The notes under the pieces are model-generated. The model searched no databases. It saw nothing but the letters and a program-made list of their open reading frames with translations, and was not told the origin of the DNA. From positions 186,001 to 250,000 of IMG/VR virus record IMGVR_UViG_3300030041_000009: a stretch of DNA of 64,000 nucleotides. One strand, 5' to 3'. The position numbers and the translations under genes were made by a program. Of this stretch, positions 54,818 through 64,000 are shown one piece after another (the stretch's first letter is position 1; every line of letters begins with the position of its first letter).

Positions 54818-55840
54818 TCAATTAATTAAATATTCATTGTTAATGACCTTAAAACTTATTGATGAATCAATTGATTTAAATACACTTCCCTCCCTTTTTG
54901 ATGAATTTGTTAATACAGATTTGCCTTCAACATGTTTTAATATTTCATCAATAGTGCCAGGTAATTTATAATAACTACAAATTAAAGGAACCGTGTCAGC
55001 ATTTAATACATTAGTTACAATATCAACGAATGTATTATAATCTTCCAATTTATATTCATCTATATTAAAAACTCTAAAATATTTTATTGTTTTATGGCTT
55101 AATTTATAGTTATTGCCTTCTATTCCTGAACCAATTAATTCACCTTGAACAGCAATATTTTTACCATATATTCTTAATTTCTCTTCAATATTATTTTCAA
55201 TTGCAAATTTCCAAAATAAATTATTTGGATTTCTTTTAAATTCCCAGTTTCTACCACACACGCCAAATACTCCATTATGTAAATACATAGTGGTAGATTG
55301 ACCATCAAGTTTCTCTGTTTCATAGAATATTACATTATCTTTTTTCCATTCATCGAAATCATCAGATAAATTTTGTGCGCGTTCTTCATTTGTCTTCAAT
55401 ATGAATGAAGGAATAGGACCAACAACATCAGCTTTAAGTTCATCAGGTATTGGAACTTCAAATTTTACAACATTTAGATAATCAGATACATCATCACCTT
55501 CTGTCAATTTAAATATATGACAAGGTGTATCATTTAAAATATCTAATGACATTATTAGTCCACATGAAAATTGTTTGCGTAATTTGACCGTTCTCAAGAG
55601 GAAACCTTCTTGTTCATCAGTTTTTCTATATGAACTATTTCTAAGAAATTCAAATTCTTCTCTAATAGGTAATAGTGAATCAATTTCAAAATAAACAACT
55701 TTGTCACCTACTTTAAATTCGTCTTTTTTAACTACTACTTTCCAACCTTTTATGCGTGCAACCTCTATTCTATCTGCTCCTTTAATTGGTAATATGTCTT
55801 TAATTACCTGAATTGTTGCTAATTTTCTATCTATATTCAT
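54818..55840 (-). CDS. ATP-dependent RNA ligase, DRB0094 family
   Basis: N-terminal LATIQ..I.PI.GADRIE; TEKLDG (motif I), QGELIG, EGSVFK, SFKVIN. Confidence 0.9.
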   Translation of the reverse strand: MNIDRKLATIQVIKDILPIKGADRIEVARIKGWKVVVKKDEFKVGDKVVYFEIDSLLPIREEFEFLRNSSYRKTDEQEGFLLRTVKLRKQFSCGLIMSLDILNDTPCHIFKLTEGDDVSDYLNVVKFEVPIPDELKADVVGPIPSFILKTNEERAQNLSDDFDEWKKDNVIFYETEKLDGQSTTMYLHNGVFGVCGRNWEFKRNPNNLFWKFAIENNIEEKLRIYGKNIAVQGELIGSGIEGNNYKLSHKTIKYFRVFNIDEYKLEDYNTFVDIVTNVLNADTVPLICSYYKLPGTIDEILKHVEGKSVLTNSSKREGSVFKSIDSSISFKVINNEYLIN

Positions 55841-56650
55841 AATTTGCTTCTATTATATATTCTTTTATTTGGTTATAAAGTAATCTATCTGGTTCATATA
55901 ATTTTGATTCTATATCATTAGAATCATTTATTTTTATGAAATCTTTATTAATTTCTTTTATTATAATAATACTTTGATGATCATATCTACCAGATTTTGC
56001 TTGAATTATATACAATAATCTTGCTTTATTACCTATTGCTTTCTTTTTATATAATATTAAACCACATTGTTCAATAACAGCATTATAATTAATATCATTA
56101 TTGTGATTGTGCTCTTTCATATCTCTATTTTAATTGTGAAATATAAGAGCAACCGTTATCTAATCTATATGTTAGTTTAGTATCATATTTTTTTTCATAT
56201 GCTGAAATATATCTTTCTAATTCTTCTATATTATTATGTAGATAAATAATTTCCTCAAATGGTTTTGTATAGTATATTCCAAGAAATTGATCATTCCAAG
56301 ATTCAATGCACGTTTCCATCCACATTTTTTTAAATTCTTTATCAAAATAATCTTTTGCCATAATAATTATTATTTAAAATAAATTCTTTTGTATTCATTA
56401 TTAAAATCAAAATATAGAAATTCACTTATATTACCATTTAGTTCACTATCTTTATATAAAAAATCAAATTTATCTGAATTTTTTGGAAATCCAATTCCAA
56501 GTTCTTTCTCCCATTCTTTTGATAATTCAATAAAATCTTTCCATATCATAACGCTAGTGTCTCCTTGCCCATCATAAAAAACAAATACTAATCTATTTAA
56601 TTGTTCTTCTGTGAAATTATCAAGTTCATCTTTTGTTATATAAATATTTT

Positions 56651-57202
56651 TCATTCTTTATTTAATTCAATAAATGATTTAATCGTATTTCTGTTATTAT
56701 AGACTGATTTTGGAACCATGTTTTTTAGCTCAGGAGAATTGCTCAGTATAGCTTTTCTAACTTCGGTAGCAGATACACCATCTTCAACAGTTCCTCTTGC
56801 TAATAGCACCAGAGATACATTATTTTTGAACATAAATCCTGGAAACCATTTAGTGATGATTTCAAATCCATCTGAATAATACATAGTGAAACAACTATCT
56901 TTAATTTGATCTACTATTTTAGTATAAAGATAAAAACCCCATTCAATAGAATTATCACTTTCTGAAGTTAAATCATCTAATGGTATTATTAAACATTTAT
57001 CAATCAACTTAGCTTCTTTTAATGCATCTTTTAGCATTTCAATTCTAATGCTAACTGGAATTGGATTTCTTGAGTCAACTTTATCCGCACTTCCAACTAA
57101 AAATACTACATTTTCATTTTCATCATATGCCTTTTTAATTAATGCCATATGACCATTATGTACTGGCTGAACTCTTGCTAATATTACTCCGAATTTATTC
57201 AT
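56651..57202 (-). CDS. NMN adenylyltransferase-like (NadM) nucleotidyltransferase
   Basis: ARVQPVHNGH, VGSA...RNP...R, VSATEVR. Confidence 0.82.
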   Translation of the reverse strand: MNKFGVILARVQPVHNGHMALIKKAYDENENVVFLVGSADKVDSRNPIPVSIRIEMLKDALKEAKLIDKCLIIPLDDLTSESDNSIEWGFYLYTKIVDQIKDSCFTMYYSDGFEIITKWFPGFMFKNNVSLVLLARGTVEDGVSATEVRKAILSNSPELKNMVPKSVYNNRNTIKSFIELNKE

Positions 57203-57419
57203 ATATTTTTAATTTTTTTAATTTTTTTTTTCTAATTTCTGATACTGTTATTAAATTTTTTGGTTCAAAATAATACATTGGAAGTTCATATAAAGAAATA
57301 ATGGTGAAATTATCGCTAAAATAATCTTTGATTGTAAAAATATTATATCTATTATCTGTTATATATTTATGATGTTCATAAAAATAATCAGTAAATAAAA
57401 CTTTATCTCCTATTTTCAT
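57195..57419 (-). CDS. KIGD family protein with RKxKL tail
   Basis: MKIGDKV...IRKKKLKKL. Confidence 0.8.
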   Translation of the reverse strand: MKIGDKVLFTDYFYEHHKYITDNRYNIFTIKDYFSDNFTIISLYELPMYYFEPKNLITVSEIRKKKLKKLKIYE

Positions 57420-57526
57420 TTATTTTTAATAATTTTCTTTTTCTTAATTTACTTCCAACTAAATCTTTTTTTATGATAACTTTCATATCATGATTAATCC
57501 ACATGGTTGATATATTAATAGGTATA

Positions 57527-57820
57527 CCGTCAACTTAAACTTATACAAATTTGTACTTGCTGTGACGTTTGAATTTCGTTTGATGAAATTCTTTATCCGA
57601 ACACACTATTCTTTAATAATTTAAAGAAATCGTAGTCGCTTTTAATTATTTAAACTACATAACGAACAACCATTTTTAAGACTTATTATAGTCCGTTGTT
57701 AAGATGTATTTAAAAGTGTATTAATCGTTCTATGTTTACTGTAATCAATATTATTGATATGTATAACGATTAAAAGTTTCAGTTTGATTTTTAATCAAAC
57801 TTATTACTTTTATCATGACA
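57527..57820 (-). ncRNA. candidate ~290-nt structured RNA
   Basis: ORF-free; dense hairpins (GTTTGATT/AATCAAAC, TTAATCGTT/AACGATTAA, GAATTTC/GAAATTC, TTCTTTAA/TTAAAGAA); boxA-like AGTTCTTTGA upstream. Confidence 0.5.
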
Positions 57821-58237
57821 TCAAAGAACTATTTGTTTAATTATATTTAATAGTATAATATTTTAAAAAAGTTTATTTTATTTACACTTTTTTATATTTT
57901 TATTTAATTTTTTTGTAACGGAATCTTTACCTTTTGGTGCTTTATATTTTATAAGAAATCTTTTAACTGATTTTAAAGAATAATAATTACTAGTATATTC
58001 ATATTTATAAAAATTGAAGTCATCTTCTTTTTCCCATCTTAATAATTCACAATTCCACCAATAACCATTTATATTAATTGAAAATGGTCTTTTGAATGAA
58101 TATTTAATTCTCGCCCCTTTTTGCTTAGTATATGTTATTTTCATGAGTATTTTAAATAATTATTATAATGATGACAAAGATATAAAATATAAATGATTTA
58201 GATATTAATATATTATTTATTTTATTGATTTTTAACT

Positions 58238-60286
58238 TTAAATATTAAAATCTTTATATAATTTTTTAAGTTTTTCTTTTCTACATTCTTTAATAGATAA
58301 ATATTTATTAATTCTATGATAATTTTCTGCATCTTCATTGATTGATATTAAACCATTTTCATAATCATAATCATTCACTATCATATCATTATAATTTGAT
58401 GAATATGATATAGTTTTTATATAATCACAGAATGTGAAAATTTTGTTAGTTGATATTTCTAATAACTTATCTCCTGGTTTGAACATAATTTTAATAGTTT
58501 TTGTTTTCTATATTCTTTTAATGTTATAAATCTATTTTCATGATATTCAAAATCATTTTCTAATATAATATAATTAAAATGATCTGATTGATATGTAAAG
58601 CATAGTTTAATTATATAAATATGGTTTAATAATAATTTTCTCATACTATTATCATCTAAATAAGAATTATCAATACAAATTACTTTATCTCCTGGTTTTA
58701 ACATAATTTTAATATTTTTTGTTTTCTATATTCTTTTAATGATATAAATCTATTAGAATTAAATTCAAAATTATATTTTTCTAATATCATACCAATATAA
58801 TTATTTTCTGTATCATAACTAAAAATATCTTCAATTATATAAATATTATTTAATTGTAATAGATTTATATCATATAAATAAGAATTATCAATGCAAACTA
58901 CTCTATCTCTTATCTTGAACATTCTTCTAATTTTTTTAGTTTTTCTTTTCTCATTAAAATTTCTATATTTTTACCAGTTTTTTTATAATAAATATCTTTT
59001 AATTTTTCAATATTAATTATGAAAATATACAGGTTCGAATTCATTTTTTTATCTATGAAAAAAACATTAGTAGATGATTCAATGCATATTATATAATTAT
59101 TATCAATTATATAGTTAGTATCAAAACATTCATGGGTTTTTCTAAGATTTAGATTTTCTATATAATTAACAAGACTTGATTCACTTATCATTTTTATTTA
59201 ATTTTAATAATTTTAATTTACGATATTCTTTTAATAGCATAAAACAATTATAATTATATCCATATTTTATATCTTTGAAACAAATAATAAAATTTTCACT
59301 AAATAATTTTTTATATCTTATATCTTTATATTCTGTAACTTCTAATATTGTATTAGGTAAATTGTATTTTTTTCTATATTGTTGATCAATGCAAACTACT
59401 TTATCTCCTGGTTTGAACATAATTCTATTTGTTTGAGTTTTTGTTTTCTATATTCTTTTAATAATATAAATCTCTCTGAATAAAATGTCTCATTACAACA
59501 TTCTTTTATTTCAACTCTTGATCTACCAAAACTTGATCTATCAAAAACTGAAAAATCTATATTAATTGTATAAATATTATATTTAATTAGGTTTACATTA
59601 TAATTATTATTATTATATTTTTTAACATCAATACAAACTACTTTATCTCCTACTTTGAACATATTTCTAATAATTTTTGTTTTCTATATTCTTTTAATGA
59701 TATGAATCTGTGTGAAAAATACATACGTTTACATTCATATAATACAACTCTATCTGTATTGCTACCTGAAATTTCTGCAATTCTATTTATTGTATAAATA
59801 TTATATTTAATCATTTCTATTATAGATTTATCATTATAAAAATATTTATCATTAATACACACTACTTTATCTCCTGGTTTGAACATAATTCTATTTGTTT
59901 GAGTTTTTCTTTTCTATATTCTTTTAATAATATAAATCTAGTATTATAATATAAACTATTTTCATGATATTCTAATATTATTCTATTATTGGTATATTCA
60001 TGTAACTCTTTTACAATATAAATATTATATTTAATTAGATTTATATTTGGATCACAATTATTTTCATCATTTATGCAAACTACTCTATCTCCTGGTTTAA
60101 ACATATTTCTTTAAGTTTTTGTTTTCTATAATATTTAATAAAATCAAAATCTGTTAATATAATATCACATTCATTGGCTGCATAATATGGATATATAAAA
60201 ACATCATTTATGTTTATATAATCATTTACTTGATATTGAATATGAATTTTATAATTACAATTAAGATAATTTAAATTATCCATCAT
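58238..60286 (-). CDS. tandem array of nine small RKxKL-tail genes, mostly MFKPGDKVVCI family
   Basis: ORFs 58238, 58459, 58698, 58910, 59181, 59396, 59650, 59862, 60080; overlapping junctions ATGTTCAAACCAGGAGATA. Confidence 0.85.
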
Positions 60287-60403
60287 TTTACGACTAAAAA
60301 CAACAGCAACTCCATAATCATTAAAATTTTTAGATATTTCTTTATATAATAATTCGTAAAAATCCTAGTAGTTTTTAATATATAATTATCAAATATTTCA
60401 ACA

Positions 60404-62854
60404 TTAAATTTTACTATTTTCATTATAATAATTATTTATTTTTTCTATTTTTAATTTTCTATTATATTGTTTAAAATCTATTTTATTATTAGATAAATAA
60501 AAATCCCCTTCTTGTAAATCTGTGTTTATATAAAGATAACAGTCATATAATATTCCGATATAAGGTTTTGATGATTTGTAAGAAATAAGATGAAATTTAT
60601 CGGAATATAAAATAAAATCAAAACAATCCTTACCTACATAAATATGAGGATTATTTTTATATATCATTATATAATTATTTATATAATTTTTAATAATATT
60701 ATATATTCTATTTGAATCTATTTCTTCAGATTGATAATTTATTGAAAAATCTATATTATAATATTCTACTATCATAATTTTGATAATTTTTGAAGTTTAA
60801 TCATTCTAAAATATTTTTTAATATATTTATCATCATTAATCATCATATTAAATTGATGTAAAGTTATTCCTTTAATATCTTCTATATCTTGATTTATAAA
60901 ATGATACCATCCATTAAACACATCTATTTTATTATCAAGCACATCAAATCTATATTGAAAAATTCTAAAAAAATCTTCTAATTCCAATTCATCTACATGT
61001 TTCATTTCAACTAGCATTATACCTATTAAACTACGAATAGAAGCAAAATAAACATCTCTATTTTTATACTCTATTAATTTATTTATTATTACATCAAATA
61101 AATGAGATATAGAATTATATTTATCATTAGGAATACAGACTTCAATAAACAAATTATGTTTAGTAAATAATTCTTTATTATATAACTTTACGTTTATCAT
61201 AATATTATTTTAGATAATTTAAATTTTCTTATATATTTTACGTATTCTAAAATATAAATATAATAATTAAATTGTTTATATTTATTATCAGCTATTAAAT
61301 ATGTAATATCAATATTAATTTCATTATTGATATATGATATTTTATATCGTCAATAGTATATTTTTTATTAAGAATAAATTCTTCATCATGATTCAATATA
61401 TAAATCATCATATCCTTTTTTGTTATTTTCATCTATTTTCATTTTCTTAAATTTTATTCTTCTAGTTTCTCTAATATAATCTCTAATATTAACATTTACT
61501 GTAATACTTGTACATAATTCAGAATCAACTTTAATTAAATATCGTACAGTTATACATAATGTATTTCTAATTATATTATATGATATACGATCTATAACAT
61601 ATCCTTCTGATATATAAAAACGTTCAACGTTATTTATAACATAAATCAATAATTCAAAATTAGATATTTTCATTTAATTTTTCTAATTTAATTTTTCTAA
61701 GATAATTATTAAATGAATTAAATGATATTTCTTTTTCATCTGAAAACATAGTATCTACATTTATAATATAATATGACAATTTAACTTTTATGCTAAATTC
61801 ATAAGTTGTTAATTTCATATATGAATAAAATTCATATTTTTCATTATCTTTTTTAATAATATAATCAAAAAATAATGGTAATTCATTTTTTCTTTCTATC
61901 CATTTATTTATCCAATCATTCATATTTTGATAATTTTTCAATTTTTGTTTTTCTTATAAAATTATTATATTCATTAGCAGATAATGTTATATTTGAAAAA
62001 AAAACTTGTCTTGATATATTACTATCATAGTATATTATTCTAAAATTAGTATATTTATCAAAAGATGTACCCATTTTATAAGATTTAAGATTATAATTTT
62101 TATTATCTTTTTTTATATAGTTATCAATACAATAAAATGTTGAATTATGTTTTTTTACCCAAGCTTGCATATATTTGATAATTTTTTTAGTTTTTCTTTT
62201 CTATAATCTTTCAATGATAAAAATTGTTCTGAATAATAATCATCAACAATTATAGCTTCTTTTATTCTAATTACAGTAGTAACTCCTCCTATTACAATAT
62301 TATTACGGCAATCAAATATATGTAAGATTGTTAATTCTTTATTTGATGGTAAATCTATATTGTATCATAAAGATTTAATAAAATAAATTTTGTCTCCAAC
62401 GTTAAGCATCTATCATTATTTTTTCAAGTTTTTTCTTTCTAATATATGTTCGTAATTTCTGAAATGAATTATCAGGATTATTATCAATTATGTGAGTTAA
62501 TTCTAATAAAGTTAAACCTTTTATTGAATATATTTCATCACTTATAGATATAGTATTTGTGCCAATTATTATACCAATCATTCTCAACATATCAGTAAAA
62601 TCTTTACATTCTTTTAATTGACATATTTCATACATACGAATTTCTTTAACGAACCATAATAGTCCACCTAAATTTATATTATTTATTTTCATTGATATAG
62701 TAATATCAAGCATCTTATTAAAATCTAATATTTTAATAGAATCATTATTATTATAAAAAATATTATAATCAGTATTTAATGATATATATGAACTACTCAT
62801 TACATAATTTACAATATTTACAATCATTTTTATAAGTTTTAAAATAAGATACAA
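60404..62854 (-). CDS. array of diverse RKxK(L/I)-tail genes, some disrupted
   Basis: ORFs 60404, 60772, 61386, 61660, 61916, 62402 with tails such as NRKLKIEKI, LRKIKLEKL, IRKKKLEKI. Confidence 0.75.
62155..62409 (-). pseudogene. VGDK/RKxKL paralog with in-frame TGA
   Basis: MLNVGDKIYFIKSL*YNID...DYRKEKLKKL; TGA at 62365-62367. Confidence 0.65.
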
Positions 62855-62894
62855 ATATAACTATTAAATTTTGAATGTGCAAATTTTTATACAT

Positions 62895-62927
62895 AAAAAA
62901 AGGATTGAAATGAATTTCAATCCTTTT
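62895..62927. terminator. intrinsic terminator after the tRNA
   Basis: AAAAGGATTGAAAT..ATTTCAATCCTTTT. Confidence 0.75.
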
Positions 62928-62960
62928 AAAAATAAATATACCTTATGAAAAATATATTTG

Positions 62961-63031
62961 TGCTCACTATCGGATTCAAACCGATGTAGGTAGTTTTAGA
63001 GGCTACCGCCCTATCACTGGACTAAATGAGC
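62961..63031 (-). tRNA. tRNA with CUA anticodon (amber suppressor), no encoded CCA
   Basis: Acceptor GCTCATT/AGTGAGC+A, D-stem GTCC/GGGC, anticodon arm GTAGC-CTCTAAA-ACTAC, T-arm ATCGG-TTTGAAT-CCGAT; 71 nt. Confidence 0.85.
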
Positions 63032-63053
63032 ATTTTTATTAAAATCGGGGTGC

Positions 63054-63380
63054 TTATAAAGCACCCCAAAGTTTTAAATTACGAAATAGAGAATCATTGC
63101 CATGTACTGCTAATGCAGTTGGTTTATTATCTAAATCAGGTTCATAGAACACTGTGAAATCTATATTTTTAAGAGTTAACTTAAATATCCATTTTTCAAG
63201 TTCTGCAGATAGAAAAATTAAGTATTGATTATTCCAGGTTTGCACCTATTTATGATCAAGTAACCATTGGCATGAAGCGTGAGCACCTTGAACTCCTCCA
63301 TAAGTAACATCAAGCTTGTTGTCAATTAATATAAATAATTTATCTTTTTCTAAATCATCTTTGACGTTTTTCATTATCAT
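63054..63380 (-). CDS. peptidyl-tRNA hydrolase 2 (Pth2)-like protein with in-frame TAG at codon 45
   Basis: KLFILID..L...GVQGAHA..QWLLDHK*VQTWNN..LIFL...FYEPDL..KPTALA; same frame on both sides of TAG (63246-63248). Confidence 0.72.
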
Positions 63381-63381
63381 A

Positions 63382-63705
63382 TTAAATAGATGCTAATGAT
63401 TCATCTTTAATTTCTTCTATCACATTATATTTTTCAACTAATTTATCAATTGAATTTTTGTAATATGATAAAGGCAATTTATCTGGTTTATTTTTAGGTT
63501 CAATTTCTTCAAATATTTTACCTTTTAATACTGCATAAGCTGCATATAACATTCTTAATTCATGTCTGTTTTCAGAATGTAAATAATCTGCTTTCCATGA
63601 TTCCATTACTCTTTCACCTTTAATGTGAATAGTTTTTCTTTGATTTCTGAGATTTGATTGATTCTCCGCCAGTTTTTTTATATCATTTTTTATTGTAGTT
63701 TTCAT
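63382..63705 (-). CDS. phage-type hypothetical protein
   Basis: 107-aa ORF directly upstream of the Pth2-like gene. Confidence 0.7.
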   Translation of the reverse strand: MKTTIKNDIKKLAENQSNLRNQRKTIHIKGERVMESWKADYLHSENRHELRMLYAAYAVLKGKIFEEIEPKNKPDKLPLSYYKNSIDKLVEKYNVIEEIKDESLASI

Positions 63706-64000
63706 ATTTTTATTATTTTTTTATTAAATTATTAATTTTTTTAAATACTAATTGATTAAAAATAATAAAAGGTGAACCTCTATCAAATGATAAAACCTAA
63801 TGTTGATGTTTCATAATTTTCTTTTTTTTTTGTTAAGCATAACAATATTGTCATGTTTGGGTTTATATAATGATTATTTTTTTAATTGTTTAATTTTTAA
63901 ATATCTAAGTATTTTATTATAAGTTTTAATATTATAATTTATTGCATTACAATCATCATATATAGAATATTTAGTTAAAAAATCAAGTGATTTTTTATAT

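Noticed and set aside
62961-63031. Pyrrolysine tRNA
   Set aside because: Has a two-base 8-9 linker, A discriminator and 4-nt variable loop, unlike tRNA-Pyl; no pyl genes seen

Overview
Very AT-rich, gene-dense segment of a large (jumbo-type) bacteriophage genome. Recurrent TTTG-N19-20-TAnnTTTG promoters indicate a Bacteroidota host. No capsid, terminase or polymerase genes are present, so this is an accessory region. Main contents: (1) Two large families of small ORFs with unrelated middles but shared terminal peptide tags. About 27 genes read MKY(I/L)KxFE...(K/N/Q)FN(L/I)-stop, lie in ATGA-overlapping tandem arrays behind a TAATATATA motif, and carry ankyrin, LRR and SH3-like cargo. About 35 minus-strand genes end in R-K-x-K-(L/I)-x-x-(L/I) and lie in host-sigma transcription units. 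(2) A ~3.9 kb ORF-free ncRNA island (14950-18850) with 10 near-identical promoters, six copies of a ~67-nt covarying cloverleaf RNA, a second repeated RNA motif, a tRNA-like element and a ~870-nt large structured RNA. (3) A 36-bp repeat/30-bp spacer CRISPR-like mini-array read in frame as the C-terminus of an ORF (9502-9735). (4) An amber (CUA) tRNA directly downstream of a Pth2-like gene that carries an in-frame TAG. (5) tRNA/RNA repair genes (CCA-adding enzyme halves, PNKP, RNA ligase), NAD/ADP-ribose genes (NadD, NadM-like, PARG-like macro domain, NADAR-like), PPK2-HAD, a DNA methyltransferase and envelope-related genes. All calls come from reading motifs by eye; no database searches were run.
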